Below are positions 50,804 through 59,264 of a stretch of DNA of 64,000 nucleotides, one piece after another. The notes under the pieces were generated by a model. That model was given only the letters and a program-made list of their open reading frames with translations. It did no database searches and was not told where the DNA came from. The DNA is from Candidatus Velthaea sp. Its GTDB lineage: Bacteria > Vulcanimicrobiota > Vulcanimicrobiia > Vulcanimicrobiales > Vulcanimicrobiaceae. Both the position numbers and the translations under genes were made by a program. The stretch's first letter is position 1, and every line of letters starts with the position of its first letter. The stretch is taken from contig CBDCCS010000018.1 in the NCBI GenBank assembly GCA_965214935.1, forward strand, positions 320,001-384,000, in the 5' to 3' direction.

Positions 50804-51582
50804 TTGCAAACCTGCGCTTCGATCGCGCCGGAACGCCGCGTTTCGAGCCGGCGACGAACGTGCGTCTAGCAACGGTATGCAACGTTGCGAACACGGTGAC
50901 CGAGCACTTAGCGCGATTGCTCGACTGTCCGGTTTCGATCGATCTCTTCGAGCCGGTCGTCGTGCCGCTGGGGGCGCAACCGGCGCTGTTTGCCAATGCG
51001 ACGCTGTTTCTAGCACGTGCACGACGCAGCGATTTGCTGATGGTCATTCGCGACCGCGACGCACGGCGGCTGGTGGCATGTGCGTTCGGATTGGAGACCG
51101 ATGCGCTTTCCGGCCGCGATCTATCGGCGATCGAGGAGCGCGTGCTCGCGAAGATTGCGAGCGAAGTATCGCACCTCTGCGCTGCCTTGACCGGCGAAAT
51201 TCGCACGGTGGAACGCGCGCACGGTGCCGTCGACGCGTACGATTGTGCGACGTACTTCGAGTTACGCCTCGCACCGCCGGTCGACGTGGTGATCGGTCTG
51301 GGCCTCGCCAAAGATCCGGTCGCTGCGTCCGACGTACGGATCGGGCCATCGGCTCTGGAGCCGGTCGGCATTCAATTGCGCGCCCAACTCGGGCGTACGC
51401 GAGTCGCGGCACGAACGGTTATGGCGTTACGGGTCGGAACCGTCGTGACGTTCGATGCGGCGCTCGACGAGCCGGCTGCGCTCTTAGCCGGCAACACCGT
51501 CGTTGCACAGGGCGAATGCGGCGTGCGCAACGGTAAGATTGCGTTTCACATTTCATCGGGTGTCAAAGGAACTTCTGCATGA
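50800..51582 (+). CDS. fliM: FliM/SctQ-like C-ring protein (C-terminal SPOA)
   Basis: LSAIEERVL; LRAQLGRT......MALRVGTVV; GECGVRNG. Confidence 0.7.
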   Translation: MIANLRFDRAGTPRFEPATNVRLATVCNVANTVTEHLARLLDCPVSIDLFEPVVVPLGAQPALFANATLFLARARRSDLLMVIRDRDARRLVACAFGLETDALSGRDLSAIEERVLAKIASEVSHLCAALTGEIRTVERAHGAVDAYDCATYFELRLAPPVDVVIGLGLAKDPVAASDVRIGPSALEPVGIQLRAQLGRTRVAARTVMALRVGTVVTFDAALDEPAALLAGNTVVAQGECGVRNGKIAFHISSGVKGTSA

Positions 51583-51833
51583 TCGCGCCCGCCACCGGCA
51601 CCTTGGATCTCATTTTAGATGTCGCGTTGGATGTAACCGCGGACATCGGCGGAGCGTCGTTGACAATCGCTCAAGTATTGGCACTGGGTCCTGGTGCGTT
51701 CGTTGAATTCACGCATCCGATCGATGCGCCGATCGATCTCAAAGTCAATGGCCGCGTCGTTGCACGCGGCGAGATCATCGCCGTCGACGGCCGGTTCGGC
51801 TTACGTCTGACCGAATTAGTAACGCCGTCGTGA
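51579..51833 (+). CDS. fliN: FliN C-ring protein
   Basis: LDLILDV.L.VT..IG; VNGRVVARGEII.VDGRFGLRLTE. Confidence 0.9.
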   Translation: MIAPATGTLDLILDVALDVTADIGGASLTIAQVLALGPGAFVEFTHPIDAPIDLKVNGRVVARGEIIAVDGRFGLRLTELVTPS

Positions 51834-52474
51834 CGGTTGCCGCGAGCGGCAATCCGACGCTGCCGCTCGATATTCTCAGCGGCCTGACGCTTGTCGCGAT
51901 CCTGCCGTTTCTGCTCGTCATGACGACATCATTCGTTCGCATCGTCGTCGTACTGTCGCTCGTGCGCTCGGCGATTGGAACGCAAGCACTGCCGCCCAAT
52001 ACCGTAATTACCGGACTTGCTTTGGTGCTGACACTTGTCGTCATGTCGCCGACGCTCGATCGGATCTCGCACGAGGCGCTTGCGCCGTACGAAGCCCATC
52101 AAATCTCGAATACCGAAATGCTGCAACGCGGGATCGTGCCGCTGCGCTCTTTCATGTTGCGTCAGACGGCGCGCCAAGATGCCGATTTTTTCGAGAGAAT
52201 CGCGCACCGTCCGACCGAAGACTTCGATCGTGCACCGCTAACCGTGATCGTTCCGGCGTTCGTCGTCGGCGAATTGCGGCGCGGTTTTTCAATCGGCTTA
52301 TCGATGTATCTGCCGTTCATTGCAATCGATCTCGTCGTGTCGGCTACGCTCATGGGACTCGGCATGTTCATGCTCAGCCCGTCGGTCGTGTCGCTGCCTT
52401 GCAAGTTGTACTTGTTCGTGATGGTTGACGGGTGGAGCGCGATCTGCGGTTCGATCGCGACAAGTTTTCGCTAA
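51830..52474 (+). CDS. fliP: FliP export gate protein
   Basis: MTTSFVRIVVVLSLVR.AIGTQ.LPPN; PAF..GEL; LPF..IDLVV; FVMVDGW. Confidence 0.95.
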   Translation: MTVAASGNPTLPLDILSGLTLVAILPFLLVMTTSFVRIVVVLSLVRSAIGTQALPPNTVITGLALVLTLVVMSPTLDRISHEALAPYEAHQISNTEMLQRGIVPLRSFMLRQTARQDADFFERIAHRPTEDFDRAPLTVIVPAFVVGELRRGFSIGLSMYLPFIAIDLVVSATLMGLGMFMLSPSVVSLPCKLYLFVMVDGWSAICGSIATSFR

Positions 52475-52478
52475 TTCT

Positions 52479-52522
52479 GCGCACGCTCGGCGCATGCCGC
52501 GCGCATGTTTGCACAGTAATCT
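52479..52522 (+). promoter_or_regulatory. 11-bp-period repeat box plus -10 element before flgF-like gene
   Basis: GCGCAC/GCGCAT/GCGCAT at 52479/52490/52501; 10 nt spacer; TAATCT; GTG 6 nt later. Confidence 0.62.
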
Positions 52523-52528
52523 AAACGG

Positions 52529-53125
52529 GTGACGGACGTGGATGGTATTCAGATGTGCGCGATCGCGATGACCGACGCGCAAACGCGGCTCGAACGCGCA
52601 ACGACCCAACTCGCGAACGCCGAGACCGACGGCTTCGGGCGTCACCTGGAGCGAGCCGGAATTGCGGCAACACGGCCGTCGCTGCGGCCGACCGGCGAGC
52701 CGCTCGACCTTGCGCTGAGCGGTCCCGGTGCGCTGCATGTTGCGCCGCGTAACGGATCGCGGGTCGATCTGCAGCGCAGCGTCGCGCTAACCGACGCAAC
52801 GTTTCATCGCGATGCAGCCGGCTACTTCGTCGATGCGCACGGCCGAGTATTACTTGGTTCCGACGGCGCTTTGCGCGCTCCGGCCGGCGCCCAATTTCGA
52901 CCGGACGGTACGGTCGTTGCCGACGGCAGCACCGTCGGCCGCATTCCGCTTGCGAGCGGAGCTGAATTACATAGCGGCTTCCGCGTCGCCTCGAACGTGA
53001 ACGCGATCGGCGAGATGATCGAAATTTTGGACGCTCAACGTTCGTTCGAGACCGCGCAGAAAACGTTATCGGCCGTCGATGCGGCGCGCCAAAAAGCAAC
53101 TACCGATGTGGGGCACATTCAGTGA
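52529..53125 (+). CDS. flgF: FlgF-like rod protein
   Basis: LANAETDGF; TGEPLDLALSGPG; SNVNAIGEMI....AQRSFE. Confidence 0.8.
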   Translation: MTDVDGIQMCAIAMTDAQTRLERATTQLANAETDGFGRHLERAGIAATRPSLRPTGEPLDLALSGPGALHVAPRNGSRVDLQRSVALTDATFHRDAAGYFVDAHGRVLLGSDGALRAPAGAQFRPDGTVVADGSTVGRIPLASGAELHSGFRVASNVNAIGEMIEILDAQRSFETAQKTLSAVDAARQKATTDVGHIQ

Positions 53126-53850
53126 ATAAGGCGATGTATGCGGCGGCATCGGGGATGGCGCTCGAACAAGCGAAGCTCGATTTGATCGCGGGAAATCTCG
53201 CGAATGCCGATGCGGTCGGCTTCAAGGGCTCGACAATGGATTTCGCCGAGCTGACCGACGGCGGCCAGACCGTCGGCGCGACGGCGCGCGGCTCGCATAT
53301 CGTATTCGCGCAAGGCAAGCTGATGAAGAGCGGCGGCGCCTTTGATATCGCAATTGACGGCGAAGGCTTTTTCGCCGTGCGCGCGCGTAACGGCCTCACC
53401 GCGTTTACGCGGGACGGCCGCTTCAGCCGCGCAACGGACGGGACGCTGCGTACCGCCGACGGCAATGCGTTACCCGGTGTAAAGCTGGCGCCGGATGCGG
53501 CGAACGTGACCGTCGATAAGAGCGGTGCGGTCTTCGCCGACATAAAAGCCGGTACGCACGTGCAAGTCGGAAAGATTGCGCTCGCCGTTTTCGCCGCTCC
53601 GCAAGCTTTGCGTTCGATCGGTGGAACGACATTCGAGCCGACTCGCGCATCGGGTTCGCCGCAATTCGTCGTGCCGGGCTCGCGCGGTTCGGGTGCGATC
53701 GCATTCGGCATGCTCGAAAAATCGAACGTCTCGATCATGGAAGAGATGATGGAAATCTTGAGCGCGCAACGTGCGTTCGAGGCGAATGCGAAAGGCGTGC
53801 AAGCGGCTGATGAAGTCCAGCGTATTGCCAACAACATCAGCCGTAGTTAG
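53122..53850 (+). CDS. flgG: FlgG distal rod protein
   Basis: AASGM...Q..LD.IAGNLAN...VGFK; DIAIDGEGFF; TRDGRF; LEKSNV..MEEM...AQRAFEAN.K. Confidence 0.9.
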   Translation: MNKAMYAAASGMALEQAKLDLIAGNLANADAVGFKGSTMDFAELTDGGQTVGATARGSHIVFAQGKLMKSGGAFDIAIDGEGFFAVRARNGLTAFTRDGRFSRATDGTLRTADGNALPGVKLAPDAANVTVDKSGAVFADIKAGTHVQVGKIALAVFAAPQALRSIGGTTFEPTRASGSPQFVVPGSRGSGAIAFGMLEKSNVSIMEEMMEILSAQRAFEANAKGVQAADEVQRIANNISRS

Positions 53851-54025
53851 GTCTGCTCCGCGCGATGCGGACGCGGATACAGCGACGGCAACCGCGGCAT
53901 TCGCGGCGCTGCTCGTTCCGGCGCTGCTCAAACCGGTGCTCGAATCACTCGGCCCGCTCGGCGCAGCGTTTGGCGACGCGGTCGCGCGCGCCGCAATCGG
54001 CAAATCCGAGTCCGCGCACGAATGA
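53825..54025 (+). CDS. Small protein, possible minimal FlgJ rod-binding domain
   Basis: AAFAALLVPALLKPV...FGDAVARA resembles A..FE.......K.M; follows flgG; ATGA overlap with sigma gene. Confidence 0.45.
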   Translation: MPTTSAVVRSAPRDADADTATATAAFAALLVPALLKPVLESLGPLGAAFGDAVARAAIGKSESAHE

Positions 54026-54696
54026 CGCCGGGTAACGAACGCGATGCCGCCGTGCGACGCTTGCTCCCGCTCGTCGGAAGCATCGCTCGCGGTTTGATGC
54101 GCGTCTACCGTTGTGGTGAATATCAGGACGTTTTCCAGGATGGCTGTCTTGGGATGATCCGAGCCGTCGCGGCATACGACCCGCAACGCGGCGTGCCGCT
54201 CGAACCATACGCGCGGCCGATCATCGCCGGTGCAATCTTGAACGGTATTCGTAGTCGCGATCCGTTGTCGGATCACGCGCGTTCGTTGCTGCGAAAGGCC
54301 GAACGCCAACGCGAAGCTGTGGCGGCGCAGAGCGATCCGCAGCCATTGACGATGGAACAAATGTCGACCCGCTTGTCGGGACTCGGCGCCGCCATGCTGA
54401 TGGCGCACCGAGCGAATACGTTCTCGCTCGATAAACCGCTGCCGGCCGGCGAAAGCATTCCCATCGACTGGAGCGACGATCCGGCGCACATCATCGCTGC
54501 ACGCGACGATCGCATGCGTTTGCGGGCCGCGCTGGCAAGTCTGACGGAACGCCAGCGCTCCGTCATTGCAGCGTACTACTTCGCCGGCAAGACCGTGCAA
54601 GTCGTCGGCGACGAACTCAACGTAAGCGTACAGCGGATCTCGCAGTTGCATCATACGGCGCTTAGCAACATGCGTAAGTGCATGGCCGAACAGTGA
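54022..54696 (+). CDS. FliA/WhiG (sigma-28)-like sigma factor, divergent
   Basis: QDG.LG.I.A...YDP.RGV; GAIL..IRSRD; SLD; LTERQR.VI..YY; VS..RISQLH. Confidence 0.85.
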   Translation: MTPGNERDAAVRRLLPLVGSIARGLMRVYRCGEYQDVFQDGCLGMIRAVAAYDPQRGVPLEPYARPIIAGAILNGIRSRDPLSDHARSLLRKAERQREAVAAQSDPQPLTMEQMSTRLSGLGAAMLMAHRANTFSLDKPLPAGESIPIDWSDDPAHIIAARDDRMRLRAALASLTERQRSVIAAYYFAGKTVQVVGDELNVSVQRISQLHHTALSNMRKCMAEQ

Positions 54697-54989
54697 AGCG
54701 CGCATTGCCCGCCGGCGCATCGACCGCGAGCGCCGGAGCACGCGGAGTCGAGGCGCAGCGCCCGTCGCTGCTCGACGATGAACGCGCCGCCCGGGTCGTA
54801 CTTCCGGCCGATCATCCGGAATGGCGGCGGGACGCCGTAACGCTGTCGAGCCGCGCACGAGCGTTCCTGGCAAAACTCAAGCCGTATGCGATTCGGGTGT
54901 TGACGTTTTGGGATCACCGCACGACGACCCTCGCACTCGACGAATTGACGCTCGAAATCGATGCCAGCGGGTCATATCGGGCTCATTAG
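54693..54989 (+). CDS. Hypothetical protein coupled to the sigma gene
   Basis: GTGA overlap with the sigma stop; no family recognised. Confidence 0.5.
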   Translation: MKRALPAGASTASAGARGVEAQRPSLLDDERAARVVLPADHPEWRRDAVTLSSRARAFLAKLKPYAIRVLTFWDHRTTTLALDELTLEIDASGSYRAH

Positions 54990-55080
54990 GATTGTCTTGC
55001 TACTCGCGTTGTGGTAGGGAGTCGGCTATACTTTATGAGTAGTAGTTTTAGAGAATACGCATAGCCGAATACGGAGCCCT

Positions 55081-55761
55081 ATGACACGCGTTCTCGTTGC
55101 CGAGGATGACCAACTCAACCGCGAAGTTGTTCTAGCGTACTTACAGATTGAAGGCTACATAACGGTCGAAGCGCGCGACGGGGTGAGCGCTTTGCGTTCC
55201 GCTCGCTCGGGTGTCGACCTTGCAATCCTCGATCTCGGCTTGCCGGCCATCGACGGGCTCAACGTCATTCGATCGTTGCGCAGCGAGAAGAACAGCGTAC
55301 CGATCATCGTGCTTAGTGCACGTGTCGATGAAGTCGATCGCGTCGTTTCGTTTGAAGCCGGCGCGGATGATTATGTCGCGAAGCCGTTCTTACCGCGTGA
55401 AGTCATGTGCCGCGTCCGGTCTCTACTGCGGCGCGCGGGCCACGCCGAACACGTAACGCCGACCAAGCGCTTCGGTGATTTCGAGATCGACGAGGCGGCG
55501 CGTGAAGTTCGCGTTGCCGGTCAAGTGCTCGAGTTACGGCCGCAAGAATTTGCGTTAGTGTCGACGCTTGCCGCTCATCCGGGCGTTGCAATGTCGCGCC
55601 GAACGCTGATCGACCGCGCGTGGGGTTCCGATTATGTCGGCGATGAGCGCACCGTCGATGGCCACGTTCGGCGTATTCGACAAAAATTCGAGGATCATCC
55701 TCAGAGTAAGCACGTCATAACGACTATTTACGGTTTTGGTTACAAGTTTAGCGCCGTGTAG
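55081..55761 (+). CDS. OmpR/PhoB family response regulator
   Basis: VAEDD; ILDLGLP; GADDYVAKPF; RTVDGHVRRIRQK; TIYGFGYK. Confidence 0.95.
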   Translation: MTRVLVAEDDQLNREVVLAYLQIEGYITVEARDGVSALRSARSGVDLAILDLGLPAIDGLNVIRSLRSEKNSVPIIVLSARVDEVDRVVSFEAGADDYVAKPFLPREVMCRVRSLLRRAGHAEHVTPTKRFGDFEIDEAAREVRVAGQVLELRPQEFALVSTLAAHPGVAMSRRTLIDRAWGSDYVGDERTVDGHVRRIRQKFEDHPQSKHVITTIYGFGYKFSAV

Positions 55762-56827
55762 GACGCTGAGCCCGGCTGAACTCTGTGCCTCGCTTGCAGG
55801 CTCCGATCGGCGCGTGCTCGTCCTCACATTGCATAGCGAAGAATTCGCGCGGGTTGCGTGGCGAAGCGGCCGGCGGCGTGCGCTGGCACTCGAGCGCGAA
55901 ACGCTCGCACAACTTTGCCATCTCGAAGGTGAGGTTCTCATCGCGGGGGATGTCATCGTGCATGCGCCGGGCAGCGAATATTTTGCGCTTGCGTTCATTG
56001 AGTCGACGCAAGCGGGAATGGACATCCGTCAGCTCGCGGTGATCGAGCGTCGTGTCACGGCGCGTGTCGACATCGATTGCGTTTTGGGCTGGACGTGGGT
56101 CGATGAATTCGACGACATCAATGCCGCGTTCATCGCCGCCGCCAAGGAAGCGCGGATACGTCAACAGCGTCGCGAATTGGCGACCTTTTTACACGACGTC
56201 GGGACGCCGCTTTCTTCAATTCACTCGTCGCTGACGGCCGTGCTGGAAGGCGTCGTCGATGAGTGCACGGAGCGCCGGTTCTTGCGTGCATCGCGCGACG
56301 AATGTGCGCGGGTCGGACGCTTAGTGCGCGAATTTTTAAGCGTAGAGGCAAGCGAAGTTTCCGTCGCCGACATCGCGGCGGCATTACCGCTGGCGGTCGC
56401 GGCAGTTGAACCGCTAGCGCGCGAGCGCGGTGCCGTCATCGACATGTCGATCGATCGGCGTCCCGCGATCGTTGCGATCGAATTGGATCAAATTGTTACC
56501 GTCTTCGTCGCGCTGATTGAAAATGCGATCAAACATGGACGCAACTGCGGGCGCATCGCGGCATGGCTGCAAGTCGATACGACGTTGTGCACGCTCACCA
56601 TCGACGACAATGGCCCGGGCATCCCGGAAAGCGAATGCGAGCGAGTTTTCAATTATGGAATTCGCGTCAGCGAAACCGCCGGTAGCGGAATCGGTCTTGC
56701 CCGTGCACGACATCTGATCGAAAAGTCGGGCGGCTCACTTAGTGTTACACGCTCGCTGCTAGGCGGAGCATGCTTTGCGCTGACGTTACCCCTTTGGAAC
56801 AACGCAACGCCGCCGGTAACGGTGTAG
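55736..56827 (+). CDS. Cytoplasmic sensor histidine kinase
   Basis: H box LHDVGTPL; ENAIKHG; DNGPGI; GSGIGL; no TM segment. Confidence 0.88.
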   Translation: MVTSLAPCRTLSPAELCASLAGSDRRVLVLTLHSEEFARVAWRSGRRRALALERETLAQLCHLEGEVLIAGDVIVHAPGSEYFALAFIESTQAGMDIRQLAVIERRVTARVDIDCVLGWTWVDEFDDINAAFIAAAKEARIRQQRRELATFLHDVGTPLSSIHSSLTAVLEGVVDECTERRFLRASRDECARVGRLVREFLSVEASEVSVADIAAALPLAVAAVEPLARERGAVIDMSIDRRPAIVAIELDQIVTVFVALIENAIKHGRNCGRIAAWLQVDTTLCTLTIDDNGPGIPESECERVFNYGIRVSETAGSGIGLARARHLIEKSGGSLSVTRSLLGGACFALTLPLWNNATPPVTV

Positions 56828-57694
56828 CTACGTATTACGCCGTGCGATTTCCGGCAAGCGCGCGGCGTACCGCGTCATGATGACGTCGCAATCCGACATA
56901 TTGCTTTCGGACAAGACACACGGAAAGCGTCCGACCGGCACGCTGTCGATCGCATAACCGAAATTCGATTTGAACATCGCTCGTGCGCCGGCGACCGCGT
57001 CCGCGCGTTGGTTCGGTTGCGTTGCGAGGTTGCGGAATGTGGCAGCAATCATGGCGACCGCCCGGCCGATCGTATAGCGTTGCTCGTTCGTCGCAAGCTG
57101 ACCGAGCTTTTCTGTTTTCCCGATCGTCAGCGCGCAGGTCGCGCGCATCTGTTCGCGGTCCGACGGCGACGAATGAATACCCGCTCCGACGGAATAAAGA
57201 CTATCGACCCAATACGCGCACGATGAGGTCAAGCTGCGAGCCGGCAGATTTTCAACGCTCATGTCGCGCTCGAAATCCGCTTCGCGCGCATTGAGGAATG
57301 TCTCCATGTCCGGCTGCGACATCTTCGTCGTGCCGGCTTTGGCGAATTTTTGCGCTAGGAGCGCGGCGACGTTCGCCGTTCCGTCCGAGTAGCGGACGAC
57401 CGGTGCGTAGGTGCCGTCGAGCATACCTTGATAAGCCTCGGCTTCAACCTTCTGCTCCGTCCCGTTTAAGCGTTCGAGCATGCGCGCATTTTCGTACGCT
57501 CGGTGCATGCGGGCACCGGCCCACGCAAACGGACTATTATCGTCCATGACTCCGCCGCTCATACCCGAATCCATTCGGCCGTACCCGGTAGGAAAGTAGG
57601 TCGCTTCGGCGGGCGAGTTACCAGTAGGAAGAACGGCTGCTGCCATGAAGGCGCTTACGGCAAAGAACTGTGTGAGTCGGCGTGTCCGGTGCAT
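56828..57694 (-). CDS. Hypothetical exported protein
   Basis: Signal-like MHRTRRLTQFFAVSAFMAAAVL...AEA; GAGGA RBS; last gene of the small-protein operon. Confidence 0.7.
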   Translation of the reverse strand: MHRTRRLTQFFAVSAFMAAAVLPTGNSPAEATYFPTGYGRMDSGMSGGVMDDNSPFAWAGARMHRAYENARMLERLNGTEQKVEAEAYQGMLDGTYAPVVRYSDGTANVAALLAQKFAKAGTTKMSQPDMETFLNAREADFERDMSVENLPARSLTSSCAYWVDSLYSVGAGIHSSPSDREQMRATCALTIGKTEKLGQLATNEQRYTIGRAVAMIAATFRNLATQPNQRADAVAGARAMFKSNFGYAIDSVPVGRFPCVLSESNMSDCDVIMTRYAARLPEIARRNT

Positions 57695-57720
57695 ACGTTC
57701 CTCGGTTTGTAACGAAGCAA

Positions 57721-58026
57721 TCAGCTCGTTGAATTATCGATCAGCTGCATCTGCTTTTGGATGACGTGCTGTTCGGCTCCCTGCGCGGCAATGGTGAATT
57801 CATCGAACATCGAAGATTCACGTACGTGTTCGTCGGCGATTGCAACGATGTTCGTCATCTTCGTCGATTGGTGCGACAGTTGCGAGCGCGTCATCATGGT
57901 CGAGATCGCGTCGCTCTGTTCGGTTGCCGCGAGTTGTGCACTGGCTCCATCGAGCGTGTTGGTACCGTGCGATTTGAAGATCGAGCCGAGGAGCGGCCCG
58001 AGCAAGCCGCCGATGAGAAATGACAT
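57721..58026 (-). CDS. Small helical protein, pilin/needle-like candidate (paralog of 58501-58794)
   Basis: 101 aa, Q/S/T/M rich; AQLAATEQSDAISTM aligns with QNLMGTESNDSISQM. Confidence 0.65.
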   Translation of the reverse strand: MSFLIGGLLGPLLGSIFKSHGTNTLDGASAQLAATEQSDAISTMMTRSQLSHQSTKMTNIVAIADEHVRESSMFDEFTIAAQGAEQHVIQKQMQLIDNSTS

Positions 58027-58055
58027 GAGCGGAGCCTACTTTCGAACGGAGAGAA

Positions 58056-58088
58056 CGAATGCAGCTTGCTTGGAGCAGGCTGCATTCG
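58056..58088 (-). terminator. Intra-operon hairpin (leaky terminator or mRNA stabiliser)
   Basis: CGAATGCAGCTTGCT-TGG-AGCAGGCTGCATTCG, 15-bp stem with one mismatch; followed by TTCTCTCC on the minus strand. Confidence 0.6.
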
Positions 58089-58102
58089 GGTAGGGAAAAC
58101 GG

Positions 58103-58462
58103 CTACTCGGCGCCGGCCGCCGGTTCACTCGTTGCAAGACGCGCGACATCGGGTGGAATACCCGCATCCTCGCCGTACGCCGACATGAGCCCGATGACTC
58201 CCTCAAGCAGTCCGATTGCGTGATCGAAACCGGCACCGTTTGCACCGCTTTGTGCAGTCGGGCCGGAGCCTCCGTCGTTCATCATCGCTTTACCGATTTG
58301 CTCGACGACGCCACCAAAAAACGTGAGCGGTGACGTCGAGATGGCATCGCTCGAGAGGGGGACGGAACCGGCCGCGGCCAGTCCCGTCGTCCCCGTTTCA
58401 TCGGCGGCGCTGAACGACGCGAGATCCGATAACGCGGCCTCGCGAGTACTTGAGATATCCAT
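58103..58462 (-). CDS. Small acidic Gly/Ser/Ala-rich protein, secreted-substrate candidate
   Basis: 119 aa, no Cys, two amphipathic segments, lies between the two pilin-like paralogs. Confidence 0.6.
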   Translation of the reverse strand: MDISSTREAALSDLASFSAADETGTTGLAAAGSVPLSSDAISTSPLTFFGGVVEQIGKAMMNDGGSGPTAQSGANGAGFDHAIGLLEGVIGLMSAYGEDAGIPPDVARLATSEPAAGAE

Positions 58463-58500
58463 ACCGGACCTGCGCTTTCTCGCCGGGGCTTAGACGGCGT

Positions 58501-58794
58501 TTAGGATTGAGCCGTCGACTGGGTGTCCGACTTGACGATGCTCTGCTGGGCCTGATCTTTGCTCTGCGAAACCTGCTCCCACGTCGAAGCAATCTGGTTC
58601 GCAGCATCGGCGATTTGCGCTGCTTCTTGATTCTGCGTTTTAAGCTGATCGAGCGACGCCTGCATGTTCATCTGTGAGATTGAATCGTTCGACTCGGTTC
58701 CCATGAGATTCTGTTCCGCGGTCTGAACGGCGCTGCTGCCGCCGGCTCCGCCGCCGCCGATGCCGCCGATGATCCCGCTGATGATGCTTCCCAT
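58501..58794 (-). CDS. Small helical protein, candidate major filament (Hrp-pilin/needle-like) subunit
   Basis: 97 aa MGSIISGIIGGIGGGGAGGSS..., Q/S/A rich; strong RBS TAAGGAGA; first gene after its promoter. Confidence 0.7.
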   Translation of the reverse strand: MGSIISGIIGGIGGGGAGGSSAVQTAEQNLMGTESNDSISQMNMQASLDQLKTQNQEAAQIADAANQIASTWEQVSQSKDQAQQSIVKSDTQSTAQS

Positions 58795-58839
58795 CTCATA
58801 TCTCCTTAAGTGTGTTGTGGCTGGGGTGCTTGCGCCATA

Positions 58840-58869
58840 CCTATCACGTGAGATGGTGATTTTTTCTAG
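58840..58869 (-). promoter_or_regulatory. Putative variant sigma-28 promoter CTAGAA-N15-CGTGATAGG
   Basis: Matches the sites at 22351 and 60367; ends 45 nt before ATG 58794. Confidence 0.65.
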
Positions 58870-58892
58870 GTGCTGCTCAAAAGTTTTTTTGT

Positions 58893-59264
58893 TCACGCGT
58901 TGCGCGCTAAATCGACGATGAACGCGTTGCCGCCGCCGAGCGCTAAGGTGTCGAGTCGCGCAACGGCGGCGATGAAATCGGGCTGGCGAACGCCTTCGTG
59001 CCAAGTCGCAGCGGACTCCGCCTGCGCTTCGTGTAGCGCGGCGCGGACGGCGTCACGCCAATGTTCCGATGCGCGTCGCTCGCTCAAGACCGCCGACAAG
59101 TCGACGACTCTTGCACCGCGCGCAATCGCCGTTCGGCAATGCTCTGCCAACGAGTCGTTACCGGCTTTGCGCAGCGCCGGCACCAGCAATTCGAATGCAT
59201 TCCGCTGCACCCAGTCGGCAGCATGCCACTGCACGCCGCCGGCGCCGACGATCAGCCAGGCCAT
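58893..59264 (-). CDS. Hypothetical protein, candidate immunity protein
   Basis: 123 aa MAWLIVGAGG...; start overlaps the end of the toxin-like gene; GGAG RBS. Confidence 0.55.
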   Translation of the reverse strand: MAWLIVGAGGVQWHAADWVQRNAFELLVPALRKAGNDSLAEHCRTAIARGARVVDLSAVLSERRASEHWRDAVRAALHEAQAESAATWHEGVRQPDFIAAVARLDTLALGGGNAFIVDLARNA

